Assembly: GCF_018977255.1 (NCBI RefSeq)
Contig: NW_024704742.1
Span: 109,308,001-109,372,000 of the forward strand
DNA: 64,000 bases
DNA from: Callorhinchus milii
Taxonomy: Eukaryota
Direction of reading: 5' to 3'
The notes under the pieces were generated by a model that did no database searches, was not told where the DNA came from, and saw only the letters and a list, made by a program, of their open reading frames with translations. Both the position numbers and the translations under genes were made by a program. Of this stretch, positions 1-13,764 are shown in pieces. The stretch's first letter is position 1; each line of letters opens with the position of its first letter.

Positions 1-1879
1 TTCTCAATCAAGCACATTTAAAAAGGATATATGGTTCAGAATCGGTTGCCAAATCGTTTACAATTTTCTTTATCCTCTGTGTTAATTTTCATTGCTTTTT
101 TTTGTGCATTCCATTCCAATAATCTATCTCTGGAATTTCCATGTGTAGGTGGGATGTATGGCATTATGTTTGGTTTGGACACTTCTCAAGCATAGTGATG
201 GGTTTCTGCATGTGTCAAACCCCCCCCAAAAAATATTTTGAGAGATGCTATTCCTAAGTATGGTTCAAGGATTTCTCCAGTGTTAAGAAACGGTGAAAGA
301 GCCAGACTGTTTGTGTGGTCACTGCAACTGGAGCAGCTTTGATTTAATCCATGGCAATAACTTGTTGCAATGAATGTTGAGAGGTTTATACCCAGAGATT
401 CCCTTTCCCTCCTCGCTTCACTATGAGAGACTGGTATTGAATTAATGTCCTGACATTTCTACTGACAGTGAGATGCTGTCAAAGATTTTTTTTTACTGAC
501 TTGATATGAATCTTTGACTTTGCAGTTCCACTACACTGCAAGTAAGAGGTGGGAGTTTTCAATTTTATGTGAAACTGAGGAATGCAGATAGACTCCTTAG
601 CAGTGTATTATTAGCACAATTAGTTGAAACTTTAGCTGTTTAAAAGAAACTAGATATAATATAACGTGGAGTCCTGTGGCTCAGTGGTTAGAGCACTCCA
701 CACCCCTCTGTTTACCTAGCAGTAAGTAGAAACCTGGTTGTCGGTCAATTGGCGGATTGCTTTTTCAGGGATAATAATCCCTTCAAAAAAAAAATAATAA
801 TTTGGTCACTCAATCCACGACAGTTTGTGGGAGAGTGCTGTGGCAATTGTCAGCCGCATGTCGCCCACAAACTATACAGTCAATTCGGGTGGGTGTGGTG
901 GGGGGTGGTTGATGAGAATAAGCATTTTCAAACTGCTGAAAAAACACCACAATATTTAAAGGATGGTTCCTATAAATGTCAAAAATAACTCAGTTGAAGT
1001 GGGAGGTAAAATTCCCCAATGTTACTTCATGCAGAAAAAAAAATTCTATTTGGGTGAGTGAAGTGAGCAGAGATACATATCCAATCATTTTTTAACTAAT
1101 AAGGGAGTTTGAGTTGTCTCTTTGTTATGCTGATTTTTGGGGGGTTATAGAAAGATTTCTGGAAAAAAATAAAAGTTCAAGCTATAGACTAGCTAATGTG
1201 TCAGTGTTTCCACTTCCCACTGTACTCCAGTCACACAATTCAAACACTGCTCATTTAGTTTACCTTCTTATCACCAATGACTCAGATCTATCTGCCAGCT
1301 CAGTTTCCAGTGGATTAGATGGCAACCTCCTCCTGCATTGTTCTGCTTGTTAAACTGTACTACGACTACAATAGATACTTAATAGATTCTTAGCAGTAGA
1401 TTGTCGGTTTGGTTATTGCAGGCTACTCTTCCAGGGCTATTGTGCAGTTGTATTAGAAAGTGACGAGAACTAATCAATTTGCAAATTTGTTTGAACTCTT
1501 CTAAAGGGACACTGTATCCATGTAATATTGTTGGGCAAGCATTTGATTGTTTTTTTGTTTACAAGCATGATGGTGTGAATCACTTCTATATTGTGCCATT
1601 TGCATAGGGACAAAAATGATGTACATATTTTCTCTCTTTCAAATAAAATAATGCTTTATCATGAAAATTATGTTCCTTTAAAAAAGTAGAGGCTGATCTG
1701 CAGGAGGAGATCATTCTTCGTGTGTATGGTCCTGTTGCCCCAATATTTTTATATGCATTTCAGTTTGACTAATGTTCTTAATTTAGAAATTGTATCAAAA
1801 AATCCCAGTAAAATTTAGTCTATGTTTTTGATAATAAGGAATTTAGAGAAGTTCCCATTCTCCTCCTCAACCCACGCCC

Positions 1880-2300
1880 CTCCATGACTCAGATGGTGAA
1901 ATCACGACCTAATGAAACTAAGCCATATAGACTAGGATTCAGAGCTGTGCTTTGTTTGCTGAGCTCATCTGACACAACAGTGGTGATCATACAACAACAA
2001 CAACAAAATTACATTTATAGAGCGCCTTTCACGTCGGGAGGACATCCCAAAGTGCTGGCATACAGTACAATTAATTAGCATTTAGGCTAGAAGGGAGGTG
2101 AAGCAGCCTGGGTTTCTGCTCCCAATTGCTATACAGTGACTCCTGCTGGAAATGTAACATAGAGTTTGGCTGTGATGTCCTCCACGGTTGAATAGTCTGT
2201 GAACACCGTCGCCGGGCTCACACATAAAGAATGACCAGTTCGGTGAATTATTAGAGGACAACTGGTGTCTGTGGAATCACTTTCAGGAGGCATTAAGAAA
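1880..2300 (+). repeat. Ancient SINE-like dispersed repeat with a roughly 70-bp L2 tail inserted (CATACA duplication)
   Basis: Reverse-complement similarity to 43640-43870. The insertion at about 1994-2058 is flanked by cataca. Confidence 0.55.
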
Positions 2301-5279
2301 AAAATGGAGGGTAAAAAGAAACCCAGAAATTAGGCAATCACATTTAAACCTAACAAATACATTGATGTTATTTAAAACAACTTTATTTAAATTCCACAAA
2401 ATTAGAAATGATCTGTCCTAATTTAAATGCCTGTTTTGGGTGTCCACTCTAATCCTGGAAACATTGCTCTTCAGTAAACAGTAATCTAGGGGTCCAAGGT
2501 TATCTTGCTGTGGTCCAATAACTGCTATAAAGAATTTTCTTCCTTCACTTACATATAGCTGTGTTGCAATGCAGAGGTTTAGAGGAACGACATGCTAATA
2601 CTGTGTTGTGATATCTTGTGACATAAAATGACTCTGAAGTTGCCATTGTCTGTCCTGCAATAGGAGAAAACTGAGTGTTAAGCTTATTGAATTTCTTTTG
2701 AACATGAACATGATTTGTATTTATGTATTGTCTCCACCTAGAGTCATCATCAAATCATTGTCACATAAACTGCAGAACACATTTGGCCCATTGAGCCTAT
2801 CATTTGAGCTAACAACTATCCTTGAATCCTAATTCTCTACCCTTTAATAATAAATAATCCTTGCATTTGATATAGTGCTTTTCATGTCTTCTCGACATCT
2901 CAAAGCGTTTTACAGAATAGACTGTAAAGTGAATTGACTGTATATTTGTGGGCGAAACGCAGAAGCCTATTGCGCACAGCAGTGTCCCACAAACAGTCGT
3001 GCACTTTGTCAGTACATTTGGGTTCTGGCTTCAGGTTCTTGACTTAGAGGACTGATAGAACTGCCTCAATATATTTCATTAATAGAGTCCTTGGCAGCCA
3101 CCTGAGAAAGGCAATGTTCAAACCATCAGTATAGTCTGGACCAATCCAAGGTTCCAAAGATGAAGAGACAGTGGAAATCAATAAAATCAAAACTTCCTCA
3201 GTTCAAACCAACTGAAATAATTTCTTTCCTAAAAAAAATCATGGTAATATAAGGGAAGGGGATCCGTGTATTAGGAAGGGTTAGTTCAAGAGCCTGGGTC
3301 AACGAGAAGTCAGAAAAATGGAATGAGAGATCACTGGGCCTGTTGTAAACTAGGGCCGGCTCAGACAGTTGAGTTCCTTTCAGCTCTCACCATGGTTTGG
3401 AGCAGATGGATGCAGATATAAAGTGTCTGTGCAATGCTGCTATCTCATTTAGTAAATTCATTGGCAATAGTGAAACTGAGCTAGTACAGAAGGTTTTATC
3501 TTTGATCACTGCTATCTTATGGATTGGACATTTCACAGTAATTACTTAGGTTCACTCTCGGCTGATACTTCAGTGCAATGCTAGAAAAACTCTGCATTGT
3601 CGGAAGTGCCATTATCCAGATGAGATATTACCTGAGGTCCTATTCAATGGTTATGATGTGTTATTCAGTAGTATAACAGTATAAGCATATTGATCTTGTG
3701 AAACTATTTGATTAGAGAAAGGAGTTTCTCTTGATGTCCTGGTCAACAGTTCTCCTGATAAATTCACCTCACATCTGTTTGTGGGACCCCGTTGTGCACA
3801 ATTTGGCTGCAAATTATCATTATTATGTTTAGTTCAAGGGAGAAAAGCCAAGGCAGTTTCTTTACATTCTGATAATGTGATAATATTTCAGTTTGTGAAA
3901 GATTCTATTAACCTATTGAGTACATATCTGTATCACTAATATTCATGCCTATAGTGCAGATGTTTGGGATGTTTAGTTATTTAAATGGAATGTGTAGACC
4001 TGGGAAGTGGACAATATCAGGTAAAATTTCTGAAATTGTCCCGTACAACTCATAGCCTATAGCCTCTTGTTCTAATAACAATAATAATAATCCTTGTATT
4101 TGATATAGCGCCTTATCACATCTTCGAGACGTCTCAAAGTGCTTCACAGAATATACTGTGAAGTGAATTGACTGTATATTTTGTGGGCAAATCTAATATG
4201 AGAAGGCTAGATATGATACTCCCATTTTACTTATAAGAGGTCCCTATGATAGTGAGAAAGTTGTGCTTATCCTTTTCTCAAAGTCAAACGTAATCCTCCT
4301 GTCAGTGGACGATCGGGTAGGCTACCTGAGGTCACTGTTGTGTTCTTTCCTTATTTTGGTTCTTTCAATTGAGCAATTAAATTTTGGGTGAAAGGTTTCT
4401 CCTTTGCTGAGGAGGTTAATTATGGAATAGAGACCAAACTTAATAACCTTGTGAAGCTAAGTACTTCAGTCTGTCTCTCAGCGCAATGGCATCTTCAAGA
4501 GAAGATTGTTTTGTCTCCATCATGTTTAATAAAATCCTCCGTAATGGAGCCACACTGCCGATTTGTGCGTGGATCTTGTCACACTTACTCAGCTATATGC
4601 TCTGAGACTTGTGATCATACTGTCATAAGTTCCAAGTTATTAACTCTTATTGAAAGGATACTATTGCTAAGAAATATGATTTGCGATGCTGAGGAGTCTC
4701 ATAGCATAATGCTTAACGTGCTCGCCTCGCAAATGAGAGTACCTGGGTTCGATTCCCGGGCTGGGCCAAACCTTCGGCAAGTTTCCACATGCCTTTGTTT
4801 ACCAAACAATAGATAAGAACCCAGATGTTAGTCGATTTGCGTATTATTTGGATTATTCAAATAATGTTGATTTAGTCAGATTATTACGCCCGCATCGCTT
4901 TCCGGGGGTAATAGACCCTCAAAAAAAAATTAGTCACTTAATCCACGACTATTTGTGGGACACTGCTGTGCGCAACTGGCTGCTACATTTCCCCCACAAA
5001 ATGCACAATCATTTCACTTTACAATATATACTGTGAAGCACTTTGAGTCATCTCAAGGACGTGATAAGCCTCTATATCAAATGCAAGGATTATTATTATT
5101 TTTCCTTATTCTCAAGCCCCCTTTATAAACTTCTGCAAAATTTACTGCATTCAATCTGCTTTTAGTACTTATGGCTGTTTCATGCAATTTCATAGAAGGA
5201 TAGTTGCTCATGGGTCTTAAAGAAGTGGGAAGCTTGGTGGAGAGTGAGGTGTTTGGTAAAATCAGAAGGAATAGATTTG

Positions 5280-5545
5280 ATATTACTGCTATAGTATTTA
5301 GCATGGGGTTAATGTGGAACATGTATCCTGGCTCTGTGAGCGGGAATGAATTGATGGGGGTGTGCCAGGTTTCAGTGAGAATATCAGTATGTTTGTCCAG
5401 GATAAGGTTGTGAATGAAAACAGCTTTATTTGCAAAGGAGCAAATATTTTGAAGAGCAGTATGCAGGAACGTAAAATCGGAACAGTTCACTGAGGACATA
5501 GGGGGGGAAAGTTAGGCGAGATAACCACGACAGGAGAGAGGAGTG
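5280..5545 (-). mobile_element. Old L2 endonuclease N-terminal fragment
   Basis: ALQNICSFANK...DILTETW in ORF 5077-5499. Confidence 0.65.
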
Positions 5546-8500
5546 ACTCCCTTGGTGCTTTGCTTTTAACATTGGTGAAGAGCCAGCAGGTTAACTGGTT
5601 GTGAGTAGTGTTAATAAATACTGGTGCAGTTTTAACACAGTTCTGTTGTTGTATTTCATTTTTGCTCAGCTCGGGGAGAGTGACACAATGATTACTGTTC
5701 TCGCTTGTACTTTGGCAGTGCTCAGGCACAATTTCCAAGTGGTATAATGCAAAATTAAAGATAGTAACTTTGTTTAGCAAGGCCACCTACAATATTATGA
5801 CTAGGATTGAATTTGCATGTTACTCTTCTAGGTGGTTACATTAGGCAGTGTGAGTGCTACTCTGAATAATAATAATAATAATAATAACTGAATGACTGGC
5901 AGATGCCAATTGACTGCATGTTTCTTCGCCACCCGAGTGTAATTTTCGGGTATTATGCCCAAAATAAACCTGAGTTCCAAAATTCCACTTAGTTTTAGCC
6001 CTTAGGACCATTTTCATTTTTTTCATTTTTTTTCATTTTGTCTCAACAGACTAAATTGTGGAAAGTTAGAATCATAGAATAGACATTTACAGCACAGAAG
6101 GCCATTCAGCCTATTGAGTCTGCACCGGCTCGCAGAGCAAGGTGTCCACTTAGCCCTGCCTTATGCCCATTACCCTTCAAGGCTCTATTTGTTATATATC
6201 TGTCTAAACCTGGACTTAATTTGGAAACCATTTTTGTGAAGAAGAAAAAACCAAAAAAAAGCAAACAAGTTAAGACTAAATTTAAGAATTTTGAACAATT
6301 CTTCACAATCTTAAACTTTAAGGCCAAATAATCTTACAGGCTAAGACCAGGTGCAATTTGAGCCTCTGATACCACTATCTACACCCAGGGTTCCTGGAAA
6401 CAACACCAGAGGTCTGAGTGAGAAACGGTTTCCTTTGACATTTAACTTGTGTTAGTAAGTAACCAAGCAACATAAATGCAGTTAGGGTGGTTTTTTTTCT
6501 TAATAACTTGCTAGGTTTCAAATAATAGTCTAACTGTGGGTGACAAGTTTTAACACTTCATTCTGCAACGGGTCTTGAAGTGAGGTGTGAAGCCATACTA
6601 ATAGATGTACTGTAATTCTTTAGTACAGATACATTATTGAAGATGATAGTCCATACTTAGAGTGAACACTACCTAAACAAGAGGGGCGATCTCCCCCTTT
6701 TCCCTCTCCGTCCGCATAAAGAGCCCTGCATTAAGTTCCTAGTCCTGATAACAGAGATTGGTGTTTGAGAGCAGCTACAAAAGTGTTATTAGTCATTATT
6801 GACAGATGTTTGCACATAGCAAGATCTCACCACCAGCCATGAGGTGAATGATTAATTTATCCAGAGAATTGTTAGGCAGAAACCTATTTCTCTTTCAAAT
6901 AGTTTAATGGTACCTTTGACATGAAGAACATACCTTGGCTTACCATCTCATTGGGAGGACCACACCTTTTCTCATCCAGTTTGGCACTTGGAATATCATC
7001 AGGCTGGACTATAAGCCCAGTTGCCCAGTGCATTGTCAACACTAGTGGTCTGATACAAGTCTAATCTCTGTTGAATATAACGTAATTGGGAGGACAGTAG
7101 AGTGAGCTTTCTGGAGAGATGAGGTCAGATGGACCAAAAGGCCTTTTTCATCCAAACTAATTTTGTGATTTTCTAACATATGAAAACTATACTGCTGTCT
7201 CTCACAGACCTCAAGTGCAGTACTTGATTGTGACTCTAGGACAACTGAAGCACAATTTGAAAAAAACTCTGGTGAAGTAATCATAAAGATAACCTTGATA
7301 TTCTCTTGTGGAAGTTGATTGCAAAGGAAGTTTCAATTAGTGTTCTCATGCTTGTAATTTTCATGACACAATAGATTATTCTGCACAGTGTGCCGTATAT
7401 CTCTGCTTTACAGCAGAACAAATGATTCTGTACAGAAAGCAAATTCAATGCACAGTAGCTCGCTCCAGTATTAGTTTGTGGGTAGCATGTTCTCACCACT
7501 CTTCCTGTATTAATGTATCAGACTCATACAGTTTTGTGGCAGCCGGAAGCAGTGACTGTCAAGAGAATGGCAATAGAGTTGTGGCATGTCTTAAAATTCA
7601 ATAGACTGTTCAGGGATTCGAAAATTCATTTCAGAAGTACATGGTATGTATCCTCACGTCATAATTTTACCGGAGAGTGCTAACGGGTTGTCTACATAAC
7701 TCTTTGGTAGTGCTTGGTGTTTGAATAAATGGGAGAAAAAAATAGCTTGTGTTGTGGAATCAATCTTGTAGTGACACAAGCAAATATTAACTCCTTTGCA
7801 ACTCTGTTATTTGAACTGCATAATAAGGTGCATTGTTTCATATATGAGTTTGTTATAAGTGAGGGAGCAATGCAGAGCACATCACAGATTGTGGTACATC
7901 AGTGTTATCATAAAATATTACTGTACCTGGAATAGTAGTTGACAGAAGCAGGTTTTAGCTTAAATCAATACATCCGTACAGGTCATGTTAAATACAGAGT
8001 GCTGATATGCCATCTGTATGATAATAATCTTTACATTTGGTGAAGAGCTTTTCAAGACTTCTAGACATCTCAAAGCACTTCACAGAATATACAGTAAAGT
8101 GAAATGACTGTCTATTTGTGGACGAAATGCGGCAGCCAGTTGCGCACAACAGTGTCCCACAACAGTCGTGGATTGAAGTGACCAATTTTTGGCCGAAGGT
8201 GGGAGTGATGGGGTCATGGAGCCTGGTGCGTGAGAGTACATGAGCTGCAGAGTTTTGAATGATCTGCAGCTTGTGAAGGGAAGAGTTGGGAAGGCCGATG
8301 AGGAGGAGTTTCCATAATCGAACCTTGATGTGATGAACCACTGAGCTACAGGACTACTGTATAATGATGAGTATAATGAAGACTGTTATTATCTAGTGAC
8401 TGTACTCACTGAAGGGGAAACTACCAGCAGGTCTTAAATGTATTATTTATATTTTTCAAGTTGTAGTTTTGAAATGACCCTTTTCCCTGGTGCTGCCAAA

Positions 8501-8783
8501 GTAGTGAATGAAGCAATAGGTATCAGATTGAAATGGTGCTTTAGAGAAACCAGTCATTGGGACAGGGAACTCTCCCACTCAGCTCCTGTTTTCAGGTCGT
8601 AGCTGAATAAGCAGCAGGAAAGCTTGCCAGATAGTGCTATTGATGGCAAGCTATGTAGTTTAACTAGTTATTCTCCAGCAGTACCCCAACCCAACTCGAG
8701 CGAGGGTCCCCAAGCCCTGGCACCTACCAACCTGCTCCTAATAATAATAATAATACAGCACCTTGGGATGTCCTCCTGACGTG

Positions 8784-9591
8784 AACAACAACAACAAGAT
8801 TACATTTGTATAGCGCCTTACACGTCGGGAGGAAGGCCCAGGGTGCTGGAGAGTGTACAGCAGTTCAGATCCGAGCTGGGGTCAGGGGGGAGAAAGGGAG
8901 GGGAGTGGAAGGGGCATGGTTGAAGAGGATGGTTTGGAGGTGGGACTTGAAGGAGGCTACGGAGGGGGCAAGGTGGAATGACTGGGGGATGGAATTCCAG
9001 AGGTTGGGGGCAGAGTGGCTGGAGGCTCTCCCGCCAATGGTGGGGCAGGTGGGTCGGAGGACGTGGAGCTGGCCGGAGCCGGCTGAGTGGAGGAAACGGG
9101 TGGGTTGGTAGGGGGTTAGGAGGTCACAGAGGTAGGGTGAGGCAAGGCCATGCAGGGCTTTGTAGGTGAAGACCAGGATCTTGAACTGGATCCTCTGAAG
9201 GATAGGGAGCCAGTGGAGTTGGGTGAGAATGGGGGAGATGGGATCATGGAGTTTGGTGTGGGAGAGGACACGGGCTGTAGAGTTCTGGATTATCTGCAAC
9301 CTGTGGAGGGAGGAGTTGGGAAGGCTGACAAGCAGGGCGTGAACAAGAGTTTCAGCGGCCTGAGGGGTGAGGTAGTGGCGGAGTTGGGCAATGTTACGGA
9401 GGTGAGGGAAGGCAGAGCGGGTCATGGCTTGAATGTGGGGGAGAAAAGACAGTTGAGAGTTGAACAAGACACCTAGGTTCCTGACTGGCTTGGTGAATTG
9501 AAGTGTGCAACCATGGCGGTTGATGCTGCCAGAGCCTGAGGTGCAGAGGCGCTGGCGCGAGCCAATCAGGAGGGCCTCAGTCTTGTTCACT
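8784..9591 (-). mobile_element. L2 3' fragment nested in another L2-type tail
   Basis: ORF 8865-9647 is the L2 C-terminus. GTGAA is duplicated at 8781-8785 and 9592-9596, splitting a + strand tail (ttgggatgtcctcctgacgtgaa | aggcgcc...gttgtt). Confidence 0.9.
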
Positions 9592-10689
9592 GTGAAAGGC
9601 GCCAAACAATGTAATTTTGTTGTTATTATTGTAATAGTTTCTGGCATTAGGTAAGCAGGATGTGTCCCTCCAGGGAGAGAGTGTGTATTTCATTCCAACA
9701 ATCTATCTCTGGAATTTCCATGTGTAGGTGGGACGCTCAGTTTAGTTTTGTACTCTTAAGCATGATGATGGGTTTCCGCATGTGTCAGACACCTGGCTGA
9801 CAAAAAAAATAGAGAAAACTGAGCAGTGAACTGGCCAATGTATTGCTGTACAATACATTAGTGTAAATCAGGCAAATGATTTCACCACCAAAAGCACCCA
9901 TCTCTGGAGAATGGTTATATTACAAAACATTTCCATTTATGTAACACCTTTCACATCAGGAGATCATATCAAAGAGCTTCACACAGCTAACTGGACACCC
10001 GATCAGGGGCGTGGGGTGCTGAGGAGAGTGGTGGAAAAGGTGACCAAAGGTACGGTTGAAGTGATAGATCTTTAAGATGGCCTTTTAAGGTAGGGAAGGC
10101 GCAGATAAGGTGGAGGGATTCCAAAATGAACCTCGTGAAAATGAGGTAGAGTGGTTGAAAGCTCGCTCATCGATGGTGGGGCAGATTGGGCTGGGGACAT
10201 GAAGCAGACCAGTAATTGCTGAGGAAAGCAAAGTCAAGCAGGATGCTTTATGTCTAGCGGAGATCCAATGATAATTCTGACCATACATTGATGATTCAGA
10301 TTTCAACTATCATTAGCAGACCCTGGAAATCTAAAGTGTGATGTTTGCATACTTCATTGCATTAATTGCAACTTCTAGTTTGCAAATATTAGTCTGTGAA
10401 ACTGCAAAGAGTGAGTCGCAAATTCCAAGTTTATTTTGACCTCAAATTTGCCTGTCTTCATAGAATCATAGAATTACACAGCACAGAAGGAAGCCATTTG
10501 GCCCATCGTGTCTGTGCCGGCTCTTTGAAAAGATGTTATTCTTAAGCAAGTAATGTTTGACTCAGACTTGAAACTCATTAAGAGATAAAGTACCTAAATT
10601 CAGCCTCAAAGGTCTTTGCTGTACATAGCTTATATTTCTGTTTTTGACCTGTTAATTCGGACAAAATTCCAGTAATCCTACATAATACC

Positions 10690-11053
10690 GCGCTGGTTGC
10701 CGCTGCATCAACTCACTCGGGCCTTCTGTGTCTTGAGCGGCTCCATTCAGCACGAGCAGCACCGAGATGGAGTTGGGAGGAGTCAAATTGCGATTGAGTG
10801 ACTGCGGACTCCAGCCATTCACAAGCAGCTGAGGGCTGTCAATCAACGAGGGCGCGCCAGAATGGGGAAGAAACAAGGGAGGGAATGGGAGGAGTCAAAT
10901 CTTGATTAATTGACAGCTGGAGTGTGAATGGGTGGAGTATCTACCATTCCCGAGCGGCTGCAGGCTGTCAATCACCTTGGATATGCCGCTAATTGATCCC
11001 CTTCCCATCCAATCGGAACGGCACTGTGAGGGAGGAAGCAGGAAGAGGTAAGA
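10690..11053 (+). promoter_or_regulatory. Candidate promoter / non-coding first exon
   Basis: Locally CpG-rich. CTGTCAATCA (reverse complement of TGATTGACAG) at 10836-10845 and 10965-10974, CCAAT at 11009-11013, and a strong donor GAG/gtaaga at 11047/11048. Confidence 0.4.
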
Positions 11054-11221
11054 GAATTTCGGTTAGCATCAGACGCCTCTTAAGCTGGACAAAATGGCCG
11101 GCTCCGGTGTGTCCAGCTTAAGCAGCTAAAACCAGGATAGTGTAAGAAAATGGTATAATTCTTTCTTGGACGAGCAAACCAATAATGTAAGAAGATTATC
11201 TCCTATACTGACTGATAGGAG

Positions 11222-11662
11222 CTCGAATTCAAGATCCTCACCCTCACCTACAAGGCCATTCACGGCCTTGCTCCCTCCTACCTCTCCGACCTACTATCCC
11301 CCTACCTACCTGCACGTACCCTCCGTTCCTCTGGCTCCGGTCTGCTCCACATCCGCCGCCCCAACCGCCTTACCATCGGTGGCCGGGCCTTCAGCCTCTC
11401 AGCCCCAGGCTCTGGAACTCTATCCCCAGTGCCTTCGCCGCCTCCTCCCTTTCCTCCTTCAAGGCTGGTCTCAAGACCTTTCTCTTTGACCGTGCCTTCA
11501 GCTCCCCTCTCGACTCTCTACCCCCTCCTCGCTCCCTCCCTTCCCTCCCCTCACCCTGACCATTTCCCCCCTGCTCGGGTCCTGACCCAACTGTACAGCG
11601 CCTTGGGACGTCCTCCCGACGTGAAAGGCGCTCAATAAATGGAATCTTGTTGTTGCTGTTGA
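11222..11662 (+). mobile_element. Young L2 3' fragment
   Basis: Near identical to 27630-28050; (TTG)n tail. Confidence 0.9.
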
Positions 11663-12815
11663 TGTTCAGGCTACAAGAACATAAAGCAGCAGATGAATGT
11701 TGATTACAACGATTACGTTAATGGATGCTAAAAAATAAAGAATTCCCAGAATGGCTTCAGAGGACAATTTAAATGTATAGGAACTGATGTTGATTTATTG
11801 ATTCAAAATGTGTATCTGAACCATTTTATATAATGTTCCTGGCTCAGGTTTGATATTTTATTAATCAACTAGGTAATTTGCAAAGTAGAACTGACAATTA
11901 ATTATCCTGTCAGTTCCAATCCATCCCTCTTTACTTAAAAAAATTGATCACTTAACACTCTGGACTGTTTGTGGAACACTGCTGTGTGCAATTGGCTACC
12001 GCATTTCGCCCACAAATATACAGTCAATTCACTTTACAGTATATTCTTTGAAGTGCTTTGAGACTTCTAGAAGATCTGATAAAGTGCTACATCAAGTGCA
12101 AGGATTATTATTACTAGACTTTATTTGAGAAAAAGCTATCAGCTTTTTTATCGTAATTCTTATCTTTCAGATATTAACAAACAGCTCACAGATCTAGCAA
12201 GAATTAGATTGACCAAGATTAAATAAGTGCTTTGACAACACAATGTCTTTTAAGCTATTTTATTCACGAAAGGTTGTAAGCATTAATCTTATAATGACAC
12301 AACATATCCCTGGGTTCAAACTTAAATTAGAAAAGTCAACAAGAGTTTCAGTTGGAGAGGTTTACCACAGAGTTTGTAAGGCTTGTAAACACTATGACAT
12401 TTTATTAGCAGTAGTTTGGCTTCCTCAGGTGTTGACTAGCATACTCTCATCTGAGTCATCTCTCCCATCAAGGGATCAGCGATCTCTTGGGTAATCCCTT
12501 TGGCTGGTGTTGTCGCTTGGATTGCTTTCTTAATAACTTAAGTTTTCGTGCCCTGTCACTCTTTATCAATTGACCATTACTTTTTTGGTAGCAATCACTT
12601 GTCATTTGCTTCTGTTTAACAATTTAACAATTTAAGAGCCTTGAAACTTTTATTGCTCTCGTAGCAAAACTATAGATTGGGCAGAGAAATGGCAGATGCA
12701 ATTTAATGTAGAAAAGTGTGAGGATATACATTTTGGGAGGAAGAATAGGGTGAGCAACTGTACACTAATCCGCCACTCAGCAACTCATGACAGACTTGAT
12801 GACCTTTTTGGCACT

Positions 12816-13141
12816 TAATAATAATAATAATAATAATCCCTGCATTTGATATAGCGTTTTTCACGTCGGGAGGACGTCCCAAAGCGCTTCACAGAACACA
12901 CTGTAAAGTGAATTGACTGTATATTTGTGGGCGAACGCGGCAGCCAATGGCGCACAGCAATGTCCCACAAACAGTCGTAGATTGAAAATGACCAATTTAT
13001 TATTGTTTTTGGTTTTGGAGGGATTATTATTAGGCGTGTGGAGTAAGGAAACTTGCCCAAAGTTTCGCCCTGACCTGCCTGGAATTGAACTCAGGTCTCT
13101 CGCTTGTAAAGCGAGTGCTCTAACCACTGAGCTACAGGACT
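12816..13141 (-). mobile_element. Young tRNA-derived SINE, short subfamily
   Basis: Near-identical reverse complement of 13765-14092. Confidence 0.93.
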
Positions 13142-13764
13142 TGTGTCAGTGTTGTCTTGTGGGGAAGTTGTGAGATTTATTGACATTAAATATATACACT
13201 GTTGAAAACTTTTGCAACTGTTTTGGTCCAGACAAGTACTTACCTTATAGAAATTAAATATGGCACTAAATCAAAAGAAACCAGTAAAATATTTTATATT
13301 TTGTTACTTTGTTGTTGTCCAATTTGATGCATTTCCTAAACAATTGTAATTCTCTCTTGAAGATTTAAAAATTTTTATATCAAATATAATAATAGGTTGG
13401 CGAGGCCTTGTTTTGTTTAGATTGGGAGAAAAAACAGAAAAGGCTTGTGTTATTTTCTTTCTAATGATATCACATATGTTCAAGTGCTGTGACGATGTAT
13501 TTAAGTTGTGTAAAGCATAAAATAAAATTAGCCAAACTTTCTTTTTAGCGAAGACAGTGATTCTTTTAAATGAATTGTGAAATCTTAAGGGCAATCACCA
13601 ATTTTGGCTGGAGTCTGACTTCCTGCAATATCTTGGGAAGTGGGATGTATCAACTCTGCTTGTAAGTAGATTGCTTTGCTGAAAAAAATGCATTGTGACA
13701 GGTTCTTTAAAGGTACTGATGTGAATGTTAGTTAATAAAAGATAAACTGTAGCTCCTACAGTTT

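Noticed and set aside
7567..7643. Possible upstream coding exon MAIELWHVLKFNRLFRDSKIHFRST ending at gtatgt
   Set aside because: It ends in phase 2, whereas the first identified exon starts in phase 0, and it has no recognisable homology. It cannot be supported without transcripts.
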